Shown: piece after piece, positions 10,076-21,638 of the stretch
How the letters are laid out: each line of letters starts with the position of its first letter
Position numbering within the stretch: position 1 is the stretch's first letter
IMG/VR virus record: IMGVR_UViG_3300029288_003766
Location: 89,787-153,786 of that record
DNA length: 64,000 nucleotides
Origin: a virus
Taxonomy: Duplodnaviria > Heunggongvirae > Uroviricota > Caudoviricetes
Direction: 5' to 3' (one strand)
Position numbers and translations under genes: made by a program
The notes under the pieces: model-generated
Told to the model about the DNA's origin: nothing
Seen by the model: only the letters and a program-made list of their open reading frames with translations
Databases searched by the model: none

Positions 10076-10548
10076 ATGCAGTGCCCTAAGTGCGGTTCTG
10101 AAGTAGAAGCCATAAAAGACGCTGATTTTGAAACAAATGGTATTACTCATTATTTTCCAGTAGATAAGAAGATGCAGGATAAGATAGATAAATACAATGT
10201 TCCTTTTACTTGTGCTATGTGTGGGTCGTTGGATTTTCCCTACCAGGCTTTAAACGGGATTGTAATGGTATGGCCAAAACCAATCTCGGAGAAACAAGGA
10301 TCTTTGTTTATACCTGATAAGGTAAAAGGGATATTTAAGACTTCTTGCGGTTTAGTTATGTCAAGTGGTAGAGGATGTATTGAAAAAAGAACTGGTAGAT
10401 TTACCCCATCTGAATTGAACCCGGGGATATATTATCGTATGATAGTAGTATACCTTGGCAGATTGAAGTTCCTGATTCTATGGGTGAAAAGCATATTATT
10501 GATATGATGAATGTCCTCGATGTACATGCTATTATAGAGGAGATTTAA
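10076..10548 (+). CDS. zinc-ribbon plus GroES-like co-chaperonin, split by a -1 frameshift at 10420-10426
   Basis: CPKC/CAMC N-terminus, then ALNGIVMVWP...GSLFIPD...GLVMSSGRG...P..LNPG. The -1 frame continues DILSYD...GEKHIIDMMNVLDVHAIIE, matching the GroES C-terminus, and stops 1 nt before the next ATG. Confidence 0.7.
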
Positions 10549-10549
10549 G

Positions 10550-10819
10550 ATGAAGGATCGGGGGGTACGCAGGACGCTGAACCAAAAAGTAATACAAAAG
10601 AGACTAAAGCTCCTGAAACAAAATGACAATACACACCCAGATATTACTGGTAAAACTTATTATGAAAAAATGGCGGAAGAACCCGGGAGACTACGAAAGA
10701 AACATCCCTATGATTGTGGAACTCCTGATTGTTTGTGTTGCCATTTAGAAAAAGTACAAGGTAAAAAGAAGATTAATGATAAGAAAAGAGAATTGGGGGG
10801 AATAGATGATGAAATCTGA
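10550..10819 (+). CDS. hypothetical basic protein with C-terminal CGTPDCLCC
   Basis: ORF track; SD GAGGAG. Confidence 0.6.
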   Translation: MKDRGVRRTLNQKVIQKRLKLLKQNDNTHPDITGKTYYEKMAEEPGRLRKKHPYDCGTPDCLCCHLEKVQGKKKINDKKRELGGIDDEI

Positions 10820-11516
10820 TCTTGATATTGATAAACAGAAACGGGCAGATGAATTGATACAGTATCTACCTAATATTAAAGGGGCCGACAAGCTTCCTAG
10901 TTTGTATTTTGTGGGAAAAGCTGGGTCAGGTAAGAGTTACTGCGCGAAGTTTATGACTGAAAAATACGGCTACAGGGTCGCTAAGTTTGCCTATTCTCTT
11001 TATATGATAGCTGAAAAGTATTTTGATATGCAAAGAAAAGATAGGAGATTGCTGCAGGTTATAGGGACTGATGCTGGCCGGGATATGATTGATCCTGATA
11101 TATGGGTTAATAGATTTGAAGAAGATATGAGGATGGTTCAGATCACATCAGCTAGATTAGGTATACCTTTACCTAAGTTTGTTATGGATGACTGCCGATT
11201 TACAAATGAACACAAAATTCTCCAGAAAATTGGATTTAGAGGTATCTATCTTAATGTTTCAGATGAGAAGAGAAAAGAAAGATTAGTAGGAAGGGACGGG
11301 CTATCCCAGGAGGATACTTTTAACCATAGATCTGAAACAATGGTTGATCTTTTCAAAGATGATCTTATCCAGTTAGACGCTTCTGGTGATATAGAGGATA
11401 CTTATAAAAAATTGAATATAATCTTAGAGTATTTGGCCGCTGTGCCGGAGGTTAGTTTTGCATCTGATATAGATAAAATATTAGGAGGAAATAATGGGTT
11501 GGGCATCGGGGAGTGA
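10806..11516 (+). CDS. deoxynucleoside monophosphate kinase (T4 gp1-like)
   Basis: P-loop GKAGSGKS, RRLLQVIGTD, DDCRFTNE. Confidence 0.85.
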   Translation: MMKSDLDIDKQKRADELIQYLPNIKGADKLPSLYFVGKAGSGKSYCAKFMTEKYGYRVAKFAYSLYMIAEKYFDMQRKDRRLLQVIGTDAGRDMIDPDIWVNRFEEDMRMVQITSARLGIPLPKFVMDDCRFTNEHKILQKIGFRGIYLNVSDEKRKERLVGRDGLSQEDTFNHRSETMVDLFKDDLIQLDASGDIEDTYKKLNIILEYLAAVPEVSFASDIDKILGGNNGLGIGE

Positions 11517-11654
11517 ATTAGCACAGAATTTGTGGGATGACATTAAAAAAATCTTAACAGATGAACAAAAGAAAAAGGTTAAGCAGGCCATTATTAAAAA
11601 TTTTGAAAATCAAGATTGTGATACTATGGAAGATGTTAACTGGTGAGGATATAA

Positions 11655-12242
11655 ATGAAAGAAACTTTCCCCAAAGAATTTTATGATGATGGTAATGTAA
11701 AGCAGTTGAAATGGGATATTTATTTTCTAAGGATAGCACGAGAGGTATCTGAGAATAGTAAATGCTTATCTCGAAAGATTGGAGCAGTTTTGGTGAGAGA
11801 CAATTCTATTATATCTACAGGGTATAATGGTCCTGCAAGGGGAGTTAGACACTGTAATGATAGGTGTATAGATTTTTACATAAATCTAGAAAGGGGCCCT
11901 AAAGGAACTCCATTTGAGTTTGATGACTCTAAAAAGTTAGATCAATGTCCTAGGAGACGCTTCGGCTATGAATCTGGAAAAGGTTTACACCTTTGCCAAG
12001 CTGGGCATGCTGAGAGAAATGCTTTGATACAAGCAGCTAGGAACGGCATATCAACTTTAGGAACAACCTTGTATGCCTATTGTGGGCAGATTTGCAAGGA
12101 TTGCGCGATAGAGCTCATAAATGCTGGGGTTAAAGAACTAGTATATTTAGAAGGTCCTGAATATGATGGTTATTCAGGGGCTATATTAACGGAAGGTGGA
12201 GTATTGGTGAGAAAAGTAAGAGAGGATTTATTATGCAAGTAG
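11655..12242 (+). CDS. dCMP deaminase
   Basis: SKCLSRKIGAVLV, STGYNG, HAERNAL, CKDC zinc motifs. Confidence 0.92.
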   Translation: MKETFPKEFYDDGNVKQLKWDIYFLRIAREVSENSKCLSRKIGAVLVRDNSIISTGYNGPARGVRHCNDRCIDFYINLERGPKGTPFEFDDSKKLDQCPRRRFGYESGKGLHLCQAGHAERNALIQAARNGISTLGTTLYAYCGQICKDCAIELINAGVKELVYLEGPEYDGYSGAILTEGGVLVRKVREDLLCK

Positions 12243-12733
12243 TTTTTGATCTAGATGGGGTATTACGTGATTTTAACACTATCTTCCATGATAGATTTGG
12301 GGTTCCTCATAGTAATGATTGGAATTTTAGATACAAAAATAAGGGAGTCTACGATTGGGTAAAAGAAGATTACTCTATACTGGTGGACGCTGAACCTACT
12401 CCTTATTTTCAAGTGATTAAAAAATGGGCTGGTAATAATAAGATTGATATTTGGTCTCACCAGCCGGATGACTGGGTGCCTTATACGGAAGATTGGCTAG
12501 CAAAATATCTGGGTGGTGAATACACAATAGAGTATTTAACACCAAATGAAAAATATTCAAAGCTATTAAATAATCCTGCTACTTACTTAGTTGATGATTA
12601 CCCACTGTTCCCCGATTATAGTAGGATCATTTTGGTAGATTATGAATATAATCAGGATTCTAAATCTGTAATACGAGTCCAGACTCCAGATCAGTTGAGG
12701 TTATTTCTTGGGAGAGTACATGCGAGAGCTTAA
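12233..12733 (+). CDS. HAD-family 5'(3')-deoxyribonucleotidase-like protein
   Basis: FDLDGVLRD motif I, LVDDYP motif, YEYNQ. Confidence 0.8.
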   Translation: MQVVFDLDGVLRDFNTIFHDRFGVPHSNDWNFRYKNKGVYDWVKEDYSILVDAEPTPYFQVIKKWAGNNKIDIWSHQPDDWVPYTEDWLAKYLGGEYTIEYLTPNEKYSKLLNNPATYLVDDYPLFPDYSRIILVDYEYNQDSKSVIRVQTPDQLRLFLGRVHARA

Positions 12734-13130
12734 ATTTAGGGTGTGGGATAAAGAGAATAAATTTATGTTGTATTCTGGACATGATATTCACAGTATTGGT
12801 TTAGGAACCAATGGTGTTTTATCGGTAGAAACGGTCGGAATAGATGGAATACACTCTTATATGGTTACTAATTTTGACCTTATGCAATTCACAGGTCTCA
12901 AAGACAAGAACGGCAGGGAGATTTATGAGGGTGACATAATTAAATTCTTTAACGGTGAGTGTATAGGAGAGGTTATTTGGGAGGATGACAAAGGATATTT
13001 TAGCATTAGGTCATTTTTTACTCATACTGGTTTCAAAAAAGAATTTACCACTTGTTGTTTGGGTGGACCAGATATTACGGAAATTATCGGCAACATCTAT
13101 GAGAATCCAGAGTTAATTAAAGGTATCTAA
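12720..13130 (+). CDS. YopX-family protein
   Basis: MRELKFRVWDK...LMQFTGLKDKNGREIYEGDII...EIIGNIYENPEL. Confidence 0.9.
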   Translation: MRELKFRVWDKENKFMLYSGHDIHSIGLGTNGVLSVETVGIDGIHSYMVTNFDLMQFTGLKDKNGREIYEGDIIKFFNGECIGEVIWEDDKGYFSIRSFFTHTGFKKEFTTCCLGGPDITEIIGNIYENPELIKGI

Positions 13131-13133
13131 TAT

Positions 13134-14705
13134 ATGGAAAAAGAACAAGGTTTCTTGTGTGAAAAATGTATTGAAGATCTGGGTAATACTGCTTATTCAA
13201 TATTTCTTATATCGGTATTTACTAAAGATTCTGCCAAAGCAATACTTTATGAAATAAAAGAAATAATTGAGATTTTGGATAACTGGATTAAGGCGCATCC
13301 TATTCACTTGTCGGCCACAGAATTGTTGCTAACTCGTTGTGATCAAGTTTTACTGGCATTAGAAGAAGAATTAAAGGTTGAGGTTTCTGGTTGGGGGTTT
13401 CGTTATCTTATAGTTTGCCAGAGTTGTTTTGATGAACATTGTAAGGACTATCCTTTGAGATGATAGAAGAGACTGCATTTGATGTTTTGTGCAAGCAAGC
13501 TATAAAAGAGTTGGAGTGCAAGTATTTGAATCGCTGGTTGATGTTCTCTTTTCGGAAGATGATTGCTATTATGGAATATTTATATTCTAACGATAAAGTT
13601 GCTCAGCAGTCTTTGCTCGCGGATCTGAAGTTTAGGATGAACCAAATAAAGGGTGAACAGGATGAAGATAATAAAAAAGGAAAAGGGTTCCATTGGCATT
13701 AAAGGGGAGAGATAAATGAAAATTAACAAGAAAATAGAAGAAAAAGCGGATGAGATAATACAGAAGGATTCGATTATAAATTGTTATCTCATGAAATGTA
13801 AGAAAGCGAGAATTTGCCCTGAATGTGGAGAATCTATTATTCACATGAGAGAGAGTTTTTTTGAATTTGGTGATAAGTGCTCTAAATGTAATTGGAATGA
13901 TATTGCAAATTATACAACGGAGGATTAATGAAAATTGTAATTAAAGTAAATACATATGAAGACAAAGAGGGTAAAGATTGTGGTGCATTGACAGATATGT
14001 TTGAGGTGGTTACTACTGGTGATAACCAAAAGTTTTTAGATTTAGTAGGCAAGATAATTTTACTTATATCTCCTGAAAAACCAGCTGATAAAACCGAAGA
14101 TAAACCTACAGACAGTAAAGAAACTAAGCCATTAGACACAGTAGTGGAGAAAAAAGATGAAACAGGACCAAAATAAATATATCAGCTCTGATATTGTTGA
14201 TAAATGGATGAATAAAAAACCAACTAAGTGGGATAATATTTATTGGTTTATGCGACATGGGCTTTGGCGATGGTTAGGTGATAGACCAATGAAGATTACT
14301 TCGTTCTTCCACCGTGGTTACAGAGGTTGGGCTGAGGAAGATGTGTGGGGTTTCTATTACTATCTATCTAAAATTATTCTAGACGGCCTGGAGTACCTAC
14401 AGGAACACAAACACGGGTATCCAGCTACTCTGGACGGTATGACTGGTAAATATGGATATGATATGGATCGCTGGGATAAGATTATGGATGATATGATTGA
14501 GGGTTTCACTCTGGTTAGGGAGTGCGCCAAGGGTGAAGATTTAGAGATTGGGTTTAACTATCATAGCGAAGAAGAAAAAGATAAAATGAACAAGCATATG
14601 CAAGAGAAATTTCCAAACTGGCGGCTTACAACAAAGGAGGAAGAGGAGAAGATAAATAGAGCGTTTGATCTTTTTAAAGAATACTTTTTTAATTTGTGGG
14701 ATTAA
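13134..14705 (+). other. run of five hypothetical genes (13134-13463, 13460-13702, 13716-13928 Zn ribbon, 13928-14176, 14157-14705)
   Basis: Packed, coupled ORFs; no recognisable catalytic motifs. Confidence 0.6.
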
Positions 14706-14716
14706 CAAGGAGAAAA

Positions 14717-15004
14717 ATGAATATTAAACCATTAAGAGATAATGTGATTGTTAAAGTAGACAAGGCTGAGGAAAAATCTGTGGGGGGTATTTTGATACCC
14801 GAAGCTACCCGGGAAAAACCATATGAGGGTGAGGTTATTGTTGTAGGACCCGGGAAGGTATTGGATAATGGTTTGATACAGCCTTTGACTGTTATTGCTG
14901 GTGATAAAGTGATATTTAGCAAGTATTTTACATCAGTTTCTATTCCAGATTGTGAAGACATGGTTGTAATGAACGAAGATAACATTTTAGCTATAATAAA
15001 ATAG
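14717..15004 (+). CDS. groS: co-chaperonin GroES
   Basis: MNIKPLRDNVIVK...GGILIPEATREKPYEGEVIVVGPG...GDKVIFSKY...MNEDNILAII. Confidence 0.95.
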   Translation: MNIKPLRDNVIVKVDKAEEKSVGGILIPEATREKPYEGEVIVVGPGKVLDNGLIQPLTVIAGDKVIFSKYFTSVSIPDCEDMVVMNEDNILAIIK

Positions 15005-15011
15005 AGGAAGA

Positions 15012-15161
15012 ATGAAAAAAAACCTAGAAGCAGTAGTTGAAATTATTAGAACTGACGATTTTCGTGTTGATGTTATAATTAAAAGACAAGGGAAAGTACC
15101 ATTGGAAAAGACTTTGTGTGTTGGGGACAAAATAAAAATAAACTCATTAAGGGAGGAATAA
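15012..15161 (+). CDS. 49-aa hypothetical protein between groES and groEL
   Basis: SD GAGGA, own translation [21 protein letters not shown]...; TAATG overlap with groEL start. Confidence 0.5.
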   Translation: MKKNLEAVVEIIRTDDFRVDVIIKRQGKVPLEKTLCVGDKIKINSLREE

Positions 15162-16783
15162 TGTCTAAGCAACTTTTGTTCAAAGAGGAAGGTCGTAGGA
15201 AGATTTTAAATGGTGTAGAGCAGTTGGCAGCAGCTGTAAAAGTGACCCTCGGTCCAAAAGGGCGTAATGTGGTCATTGGTAGGAAATATGGATCACCACT
15301 CATTACCAAAGACGGGGTTACTGTAGCTAAGGAAATTGAATTGGAAGATCCTTTTGAGAACGCTGGAGCACAAATGGTTAAAGAAGTAGCTGAGAAGACT
15401 TCAGACATTGCCGGCGATGGTACTACAACAGCTACTATATTGACTGAGATAATCTATAAGGAAGGCCTTAAAAGTGTTACCGCAGGATCAAACCCCATGG
15501 CTTTAAAAAGGGGCATAGAGAAGGCAGTTGATAAGGTTGTGGAAGAGTTAAAGAAGTTATCTACTCCTGTTAAGGATAAGAAAGAGATATCCCAAGTAGC
15601 CTCAATAGCTTCAAATTGTGATATAACTATCGGCAATCTTATTGCTGATGCTATGGAAAAGGTTGGCAAAGATGGTATTATTACTGTTGAGGAGGCTAAG
15701 TCTACTGCTACTACTTTAGATGTGGTGGAAGGTATGCAGTTTGAACAGGGGTATTTATCACCCTATTTTGCTACTGACAATGAGAGGATGGAGGCAACAT
15801 TAGAGGATGCTTATATAATGCTTTATGATAAGAAGATGAGCGCTCTGAAGGATTTACTTCCAATATTAGAAAAGATTGTTCAAGCTAGAAAGCCTCTGTT
15901 AATTATTGCTGAGGATGTAGAAGGTGAATCTTTGATGGCTCTTATTGTAAATAAGATCAAGGGAATACTACCAGTATGTATAGTTAAAGCACCTGGGTTT
16001 GGCAGTAGGAAGAAAGAGATTCTTGAGGATATTGCTGTCCTAACTGGTGGTAAAGTAATTTCTGAGGAAGCTGGGCTAACTTTGGCTAATGCTACGATAG
16101 CAGATATGGGTAAGGCGAAAAAGATTAAGGTTACTAAGGATCTTACAACTATAGTTGAGGGGGCGGGTACTACAGAAGCAATTGGTGTTAGGGTTGCTCA
16201 GATAAGACACCAGATAGAAGCTACCGAGTCAGATTATGATAAGGAGAAGATACAAGAAAGACTGGCCAAGCTATCGGGTGGTGTTGCAGTTATTGGTGTT
16301 GGTGCAACGACTGAGAGTGAGATGAAAGAAAAGAAGGCTAGAGTTGAGGATGCTCTGCACGCTACTAGAGCAGCTGTGGCCGAGGGTATAATTCCAGGTG
16401 GTGGCGTAGGGCTGTTAAGGACTATACCTAAACTTGCTGAGTTAAATCTTGAGGGTGATGAGAAGATAGGATTGAACATTGTAAAAAGGGCGCTAGAGGA
16501 ACCTATTAGGCAGCTGGCCAGCAACGCGGGTATAGATGGATCAGTGGTAATTATGAGTATAGCAAAAGCTGGTACTAATATTGGGTATGATGTTCTTAAT
16601 GATGCTTATGTTGATATGATTGAAGCGGGTATTGTCGACCCTACTAAAGTTACCAGATCAGCCTTACAAAATGCTTCATCAATTGCTGCTTTGATGCTTA
16701 CTACTGAGGCAGTTATTACTGATAAACCTGAGAAGGTGAATGCTCAACCCGATATGCCTCCTGCTGGAATGGGGATGTATTAG
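15161..16783 (+). CDS. groL: chaperonin GroEL
   Basis: [41 protein letters not shown], Gly/Met C-terminal tail. Confidence 0.98.
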   Translation: MSKQLLFKEEGRRKILNGVEQLAAAVKVTLGPKGRNVVIGRKYGSPLITKDGVTVAKEIELEDPFENAGAQMVKEVAEKTSDIAGDGTTTATILTEIIYKEGLKSVTAGSNPMALKRGIEKAVDKVVEELKKLSTPVKDKKEISQVASIASNCDITIGNLIADAMEKVGKDGIITVEEAKSTATTLDVVEGMQFEQGYLSPYFATDNERMEATLEDAYIMLYDKKMSALKDLLPILEKIVQARKPLLIIAEDVEGESLMALIVNKIKGILPVCIVKAPGFGSRKKEILEDIAVLTGGKVISEEAGLTLANATIADMGKAKKIKVTKDLTTIVEGAGTTEAIGVRVAQIRHQIEATESDYDKEKIQERLAKLSGGVAVIGVGATTESEMKEKKARVEDALHATRAAVAEGIIPGGGVGLLRTIPKLAELNLEGDEKIGLNIVKRALEEPIRQLASNAGIDGSVVIMSIAKAGTNIGYDVLNDAYVDMIEAGIVDPTKVTRSALQNASSIAALMLTTEAVITDKPEKVNAQPDMPPAGMGMY

Positions 16784-16823
16784 AGGTGGTAAAGTAAATT
16801 AGGTCAGTTTAGGCTCTACAATG

Positions 16824-16848
16824 CCCTTATTTGGGGCGTAACCAGGCC
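16824..16848 (+). repeat. 25-bp direct repeat, copy 1 (CCCTTATTTGGGGCGTAACCAGGCC), downstream of groEL
   Basis: Identical to 46995-47019. Confidence 0.9.
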
Positions 16849-16910
16849 TAATTTGAATGATTTAAGCTAAAATGGTGAAAGATACTAACTACCTCATATA
16901 GGAGCTTATA

Positions 16911-17551
16911 ATGAAAAAGAATGTAGTTATTGATAAGAAGGACAATCTACCTGATTTAGAACAATTTGGTAAGTATAGAGAAGGTTTGACAAGTGAGGAA
17001 ATTGTAGAATATCTACGGCAAGTATACAATATTGTAGCTAAAAAGAAGAGGAAGATTTGCCCACCCAAAATTGTTAAACAGTTTAATGAAATTGCTGGAG
17101 TTAATACTTGCGCGGTTGGACCTGGTGGTGAATCTCTAATGTATCGTCATGATATACAGAGGTTCGCGGGGAAGTTATTTTTTAATCAGGAGACATATTT
17201 CGATTAGGAGGTAAAATGGATCTTAAAAAATTTTTAGGTAGGAGGGTAAAGAAGCTAAGAAATGAAAACAGTAAACTCGAGCTTGCTCAGTTTTCAGAAC
17301 CTATGACTATTTTTATAAATCAGGTTAAATCTATAGAGATGAGGGGCAATGTTCCAATGGTGAATATAGAGGTAACTAGTAAGGTGCTGAAATCTCTTAA
17401 AGACGCTGTAGAGCTTAATAGAATGGTTGTCAGGAGTGTGGAACGACGTTTGCACCCCCAAGTGGGTGATATTATTACTGTAATAGAAGACGATCCGACT
17501 GATGTTTACAAACAGATCTTATTTGAGTTAGCACGAAGAGGAAAGATATGA
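16911..17551 (+). other. two hypothetical genes (16911-17207, 17216-17551)
   Basis: SD-preceded ORFs. Confidence 0.6.
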
Positions 17552-18297
17552 AGAAGATTGATAGTGAAAACCCCATAAAACCTAACGGGCATTCTGATGT
17601 TTTACAAGATTCTTCTACAAATTATGTATACTGCTATTGTGATCCTAGAAAACCTTACAATAAAATAGTGTATCATAGTAAAGTAGCGTTTGAGCCATTT
17701 TATGTTGGGTGTGGTATACGAGGTCGTAGATTTCGTCATCTCACGTCAAATGATACTAATAAGCTCAAAGTAAATAAAATTCGTAGTATTCAAACAGAAG
17801 GTTTGAATCCTATTATTTTAATTTTGAAAGAAGGGTTGCCTCCAAGTCTGGCTCGTTCAATAGAGATGTTTGTTATAAAAGAGTTAGGTACTATAGCTAA
17901 TGTTTCAGGAGTCAGAAGAGGTATTTTAACTAATTTAACTCCTGGAGGTGATGGTGGTCCTACGTGGTTTGGACGTAAGCATACACCAGAGCAACTAAAA
18001 AAGATGAGTTTTGCTCAGATAGGTAAAAAACGATCTGACAGTGTACGTCAAGCTATGAGTTTAGCTCAACAGAAGAATACGTTTAGGTCACTAGAGCATT
18101 TAGAGAAGCTACACCTGGGACATAAAAATATGCCTGATGCCTCTAGAGAAAGAATAAGTAAAGCGACTAAAGGAACGAAATGGGTGTATAACCCCGTAAC
18201 GTTAGAAAGAGAACGTATTTTAATTGATTTATTAGATACTTATATGCAAAAAGGATGGAAACTTGGGCATCACGGGTTTCCAAAGGAGGAAAAATGA
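17548..18297 (+). mobile_element. free-standing GIY-YIG (LEM-3-like) homing endonuclease with NUMOD3 repeats
   Basis: YVYCYCDPRKP...PFYVGCG...LTNLTPGGDG, GRKHTPEQLKKMS. Confidence 0.8.
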
Positions 18298-18985
18298 AAA
18301 ATAAAAGCTTAATTGAATCTTTTGAAAATATTAAAGTTTTTACTAATGTGGAGCCTAAGGTTACAAAGACTTCTCAAGGCCTTGTCTACGATTTTTCAGA
18401 TGTCTTATCTCTTATCCGTAGTAAATCTATTTCGGCAGAGAACGCTAGCTCGGATGATATAAAGAAATTTTGTGGTAAGAGAGGATTGAAGATTACTAAG
18501 GGTAGCAAGCAGGAACAACTTAAATTCCCGTTTGGAGAATGATAATGTATAATTACAAAATTGGTTATGGTAGCTATGAAGAGTCAAGTTATAGAGAGCT
18601 TCAGCATGAGAAAAAATTTATTGATGAAGAGATTACTGAGATGATAGCTGAGGCTGTAGTAGATACAATCAAGAAAATGAAGATGGACACTAGATATTAC
18701 ACTCATAATTTTCAGGATGTTTTTGAGGGTTGTTATAAAAAAGATTGCCCCGATGTATGCAAATATTTAATAGAAAAGTTTGGGTTTAAACCAATAGAAT
18801 ATGAGCTATTTTGGAGTGTATTTGGATGGCCATCAATTTTTGATAAAACAGATTGGGAAGGTGGTAGAGACAGCCAAAATGACCATTTGAATAAGATTAC
18901 TGAAGCTGTAAATAAGGCAGGTTTTACTAGAGAAGATGATTCACATCTTTCGATGATGAATGATTATAGTAAAAAGGAAGAATAA
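18294..18985 (+). other. two hypothetical genes (18294-18542, 18539-18985)
   Basis: Coupled ORFs. Confidence 0.6.
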
Positions 18986-19686
18986 TGGATGAAAAAGTCA
19001 GATTGGAAGAATGGAAAGTACTTGAGAGAATAAAAATTTCTTATTTAAAGCATAGGGGGCAAACTTTAGATATTGCTGAAGAAACTAATCTTCCTATTGA
19101 ATATGTTAAGAAACAAGTAGAGAAGATTGAGAAGAAAGAATCTAGGGATGTTTCTACTCGTATTGCTAATAACCTTACCTCTATTATTTTGCAGGGAATT
19201 CAAAGCAGGACAATTAGATTTATGGAAGAGCTTAAAAGTTTAGAAGGTAGAGAACAAAATCTATTATCTGCCTGTTGTAGCTATCCGGTAAGGGAATCTA
19301 TAGTGGATAATCTAACCTTATATACATGTTTGAAGTGTGACAAACAATGTAATGCTGTATTAGCTGACAAGATAACTATTTATGAGATGAAAAACCAGAT
19401 TCTAGTGCAACTTAGGGAAGAGGATCGGTTTATAATTGAAATGGCCGAGAGGATGGGTTATACCAATAAGCCTATAGAGGGGCCCTCTACTATTATCCAG
19501 GTAAAGCAACAAAATCTTGTTTTAAATACTGATGAAGATAAGAAAATTGCAGCAGATTACTCTCAGCTTAAACCTATGGATAGGGAACTACTGATAGAGA
19601 AGCTAAGGAAGGAAATTTTAAAAATTGATGAGCAAATTAAACGAGAAGAAACAACGCCGGCAGGGGATTCAAACCCACTACGATAA
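18985..19686 (+). CDS. candidate terminase small subunit (N-terminal HTH, central Cys cluster)
   Basis: Directly upstream of and overlapping terL; TLDIAEETNLPIEYVKK HTH-like; CC...CLKC...C. Confidence 0.45.
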   Translation: MDEKVRLEEWKVLERIKISYLKHRGQTLDIAEETNLPIEYVKKQVEKIEKKESRDVSTRIANNLTSIILQGIQSRTIRFMEELKSLEGREQNLLSACCSYPVRESIVDNLTLYTCLKCDKQCNAVLADKITIYEMKNQILVQLREEDRFIIEMAERMGYTNKPIEGPSTIIQVKQQNLVLNTDEDKKIAADYSQLKPMDRELLIEKLRKEILKIDEQIKREETTPAGDSNPLR

Positions 19687-21583
19687 TTTAATAGCACAGA
19701 ATTACAAAGAACCGCCTGTTGATATTTGGAAATTCTTGTGTGATGATCAGTTTTTGGGAGTGAGTACTCACCAAGGGGATGATATATTTCCTATATGGAA
19801 AGATGCGCTCATCAAAGTGTTTGATGATATGTCTAAACTAGTGGTGGTTCTTACAGGATCTGTCCGTACCGGCAAGACTACTATTGCGGTTTATGGTTTG
19901 GCCTATATAATGTATCGGCTGCTTATTACACATGATCCTTGGAAGTATTTTAAAGCAACAAAATCAAGCAAGATGGCTATCATATTTTTTAACCTAAGCA
20001 AGACTTTGGGTGGATCAAGAGGTTACGCAAAACTTCAATCTTGTTTGGTTAACTCACCTTGGTTTAGGAGTCATGCAAGTTATATTAAACAGACAAAAGG
20101 TGAAGAAGAGTTGGGGTTTTCGTTATTTGAATTTTTGTTAGCGTCCCCGCTCAGCCAAGGATATGGTATAGTTGGATCTGATGTGGTTGCTGGTATTTTG
20201 GATGAGGTTGATTCGGAAGACGCCCCCCTATCCCAAAAAAGACGAGTTCTTAATGTCTATAACGCAGCTGAGATTAGGTTTAAGACTACTTTTGCTCCTA
20301 CAGGGACAAGCTTAGGAAAGTTATTTATTGTTTCATCAAAACAAGATGAACTTTCATTTATGGATGCTTTTATAGCGGAGAGGAAGAAATTTCCTGAGGT
20401 GATTATATTTGATATTCCTCTGTGGGAGGCTCAGCCTCAGAGTAGGTTCTGCGGTGATATGTTTTTGGTAGCTGTTGGAGATTCCTATAACCCGCCCCAG
20501 ATTATTGAAAACAACCAGGAAGAAGAATTTAGAAGTAAGGGCTACTCAGTAATAAGAGTTCCTATAGAGTTTAGGAACAATTTTAATACTGATTTGATTA
20601 GGGCCTTAAGAGATATTGCTGGTATAACTGTGGCTGGATTGAGGAAATCAAAGCTATTTGCCTCTAAACAAGATATCCTGAATTGTATGAATGATTCTAC
20701 TAAACTTAACCCCGTCAAAGTTCAGGAAATAGAAACTGGATTAAATGACCCCGATGAGTTTATTAAGTATTTTGATTTAAGCAAGATTCGCCTACCTAAG
20801 AGTATACCAAGATATATACATTATGATATTGCCTTCTCAGGTGCCGGGGATGCAGCAGCAATATCTATGGCTGGGGTAAAAAAATGGAAGACATCTGATG
20901 TTCAAAATGATGATGGAACTTATCGTAAGGATTTAGTTCCTGTTATTGAAACTGATTTTACATTAAGAGTTAAAGCACATTCTGGAGATAGGATTCCTTT
21001 TTGGAAAGTTAGAAAATTGGTGTTAGATCTCAGGGCCGCGGGGTATTTTATTGCTCTATTTACAGCTGATTTGAAGAATATGTCTGAGGATACACAACAG
21101 TTGCTTACCCAGGCTGGGATAACTACTGATGATTTAAGTATGGATAAGACTCCTCAACCCTATTTTTCGTTTCGTGATCTTGTTCAGGAAGGTAGGTGGG
21201 TTTGTCATCATCTTCCTCTGTTGATTACTGAATTAGATAATTTGGAACATAATAAAATTGACGGAAAAATTGATCATCCTGATAAATTTATTGATACAGA
21301 ATCTGGAGATGAGGAAAAAGTTTTAATCGGATCCAAAGATTTAGCTGATGCTACAGCAGGAGCTGTTTATGATTGTATTAAGTCAGCCAAGAAACCGATG
21401 GATATGGAGTTAATGTCTAGTTTATTAAATAAAACCGCAAGTAAACCGTTGGCTAATGAGGAGGATATGACAAAAATACTTGCACCAAAAGAAGGTGAAC
21501 GTGTTATAGGTACTAAAAAAGCAGACGGAAGTATCGATAAAATCAACGACATATTCAAAAGGATCCATAACCGAGGCGGGTAA
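19628..21583 (+). CDS. terminase large subunit
   Basis: Walker A TGSVRTGKTT, Walker B ILDEVD, motif III FIVSS, nuclease YIHYDIAFSG..DAAAI and KDLADATAG. Confidence 0.9.
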   Translation: MSKLNEKKQRRQGIQTHYDNLIAQNYKEPPVDIWKFLCDDQFLGVSTHQGDDIFPIWKDALIKVFDDMSKLVVVLTGSVRTGKTTIAVYGLAYIMYRLLITHDPWKYFKATKSSKMAIIFFNLSKTLGGSRGYAKLQSCLVNSPWFRSHASYIKQTKGEEELGFSLFEFLLASPLSQGYGIVGSDVVAGILDEVDSEDAPLSQKRRVLNVYNAAEIRFKTTFAPTGTSLGKLFIVSSKQDELSFMDAFIAERKKFPEVIIFDIPLWEAQPQSRFCGDMFLVAVGDSYNPPQIIENNQEEEFRSKGYSVIRVPIEFRNNFNTDLIRALRDIAGITVAGLRKSKLFASKQDILNCMNDSTKLNPVKVQEIETGLNDPDEFIKYFDLSKIRLPKSIPRYIHYDIAFSGAGDAAAISMAGVKKWKTSDVQNDDGTYRKDLVPVIETDFTLRVKAHSGDRIPFWKVRKLVLDLRAAGYFIALFTADLKNMSEDTQQLLTQAGITTDDLSMDKTPQPYFSFRDLVQEGRWVCHHLPLLITELDNLEHNKIDGKIDHPDKFIDTESGDEEKVLIGSKDLADATAGAVYDCIKSAKKPMDMELMSSLLNKTASKPLANEEDMTKILAPKEGERVIGTKKADGSIDKINDIFKRIHNRGG

Positions 21584-21638
21584 TATGATGAATAAACACA
21601 AGAGTTCAGACAGCTAAAGATACGACTAGGAGCAACTT

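Noticed and set aside
15116-15160. Track starts for groEL (15116), groES (14696), 35357, 36609, 49697 and 27545
   Set aside because: Downstream ATGs match family N-termini, SD sites or stop/start overlaps better, so the starts were re-called.
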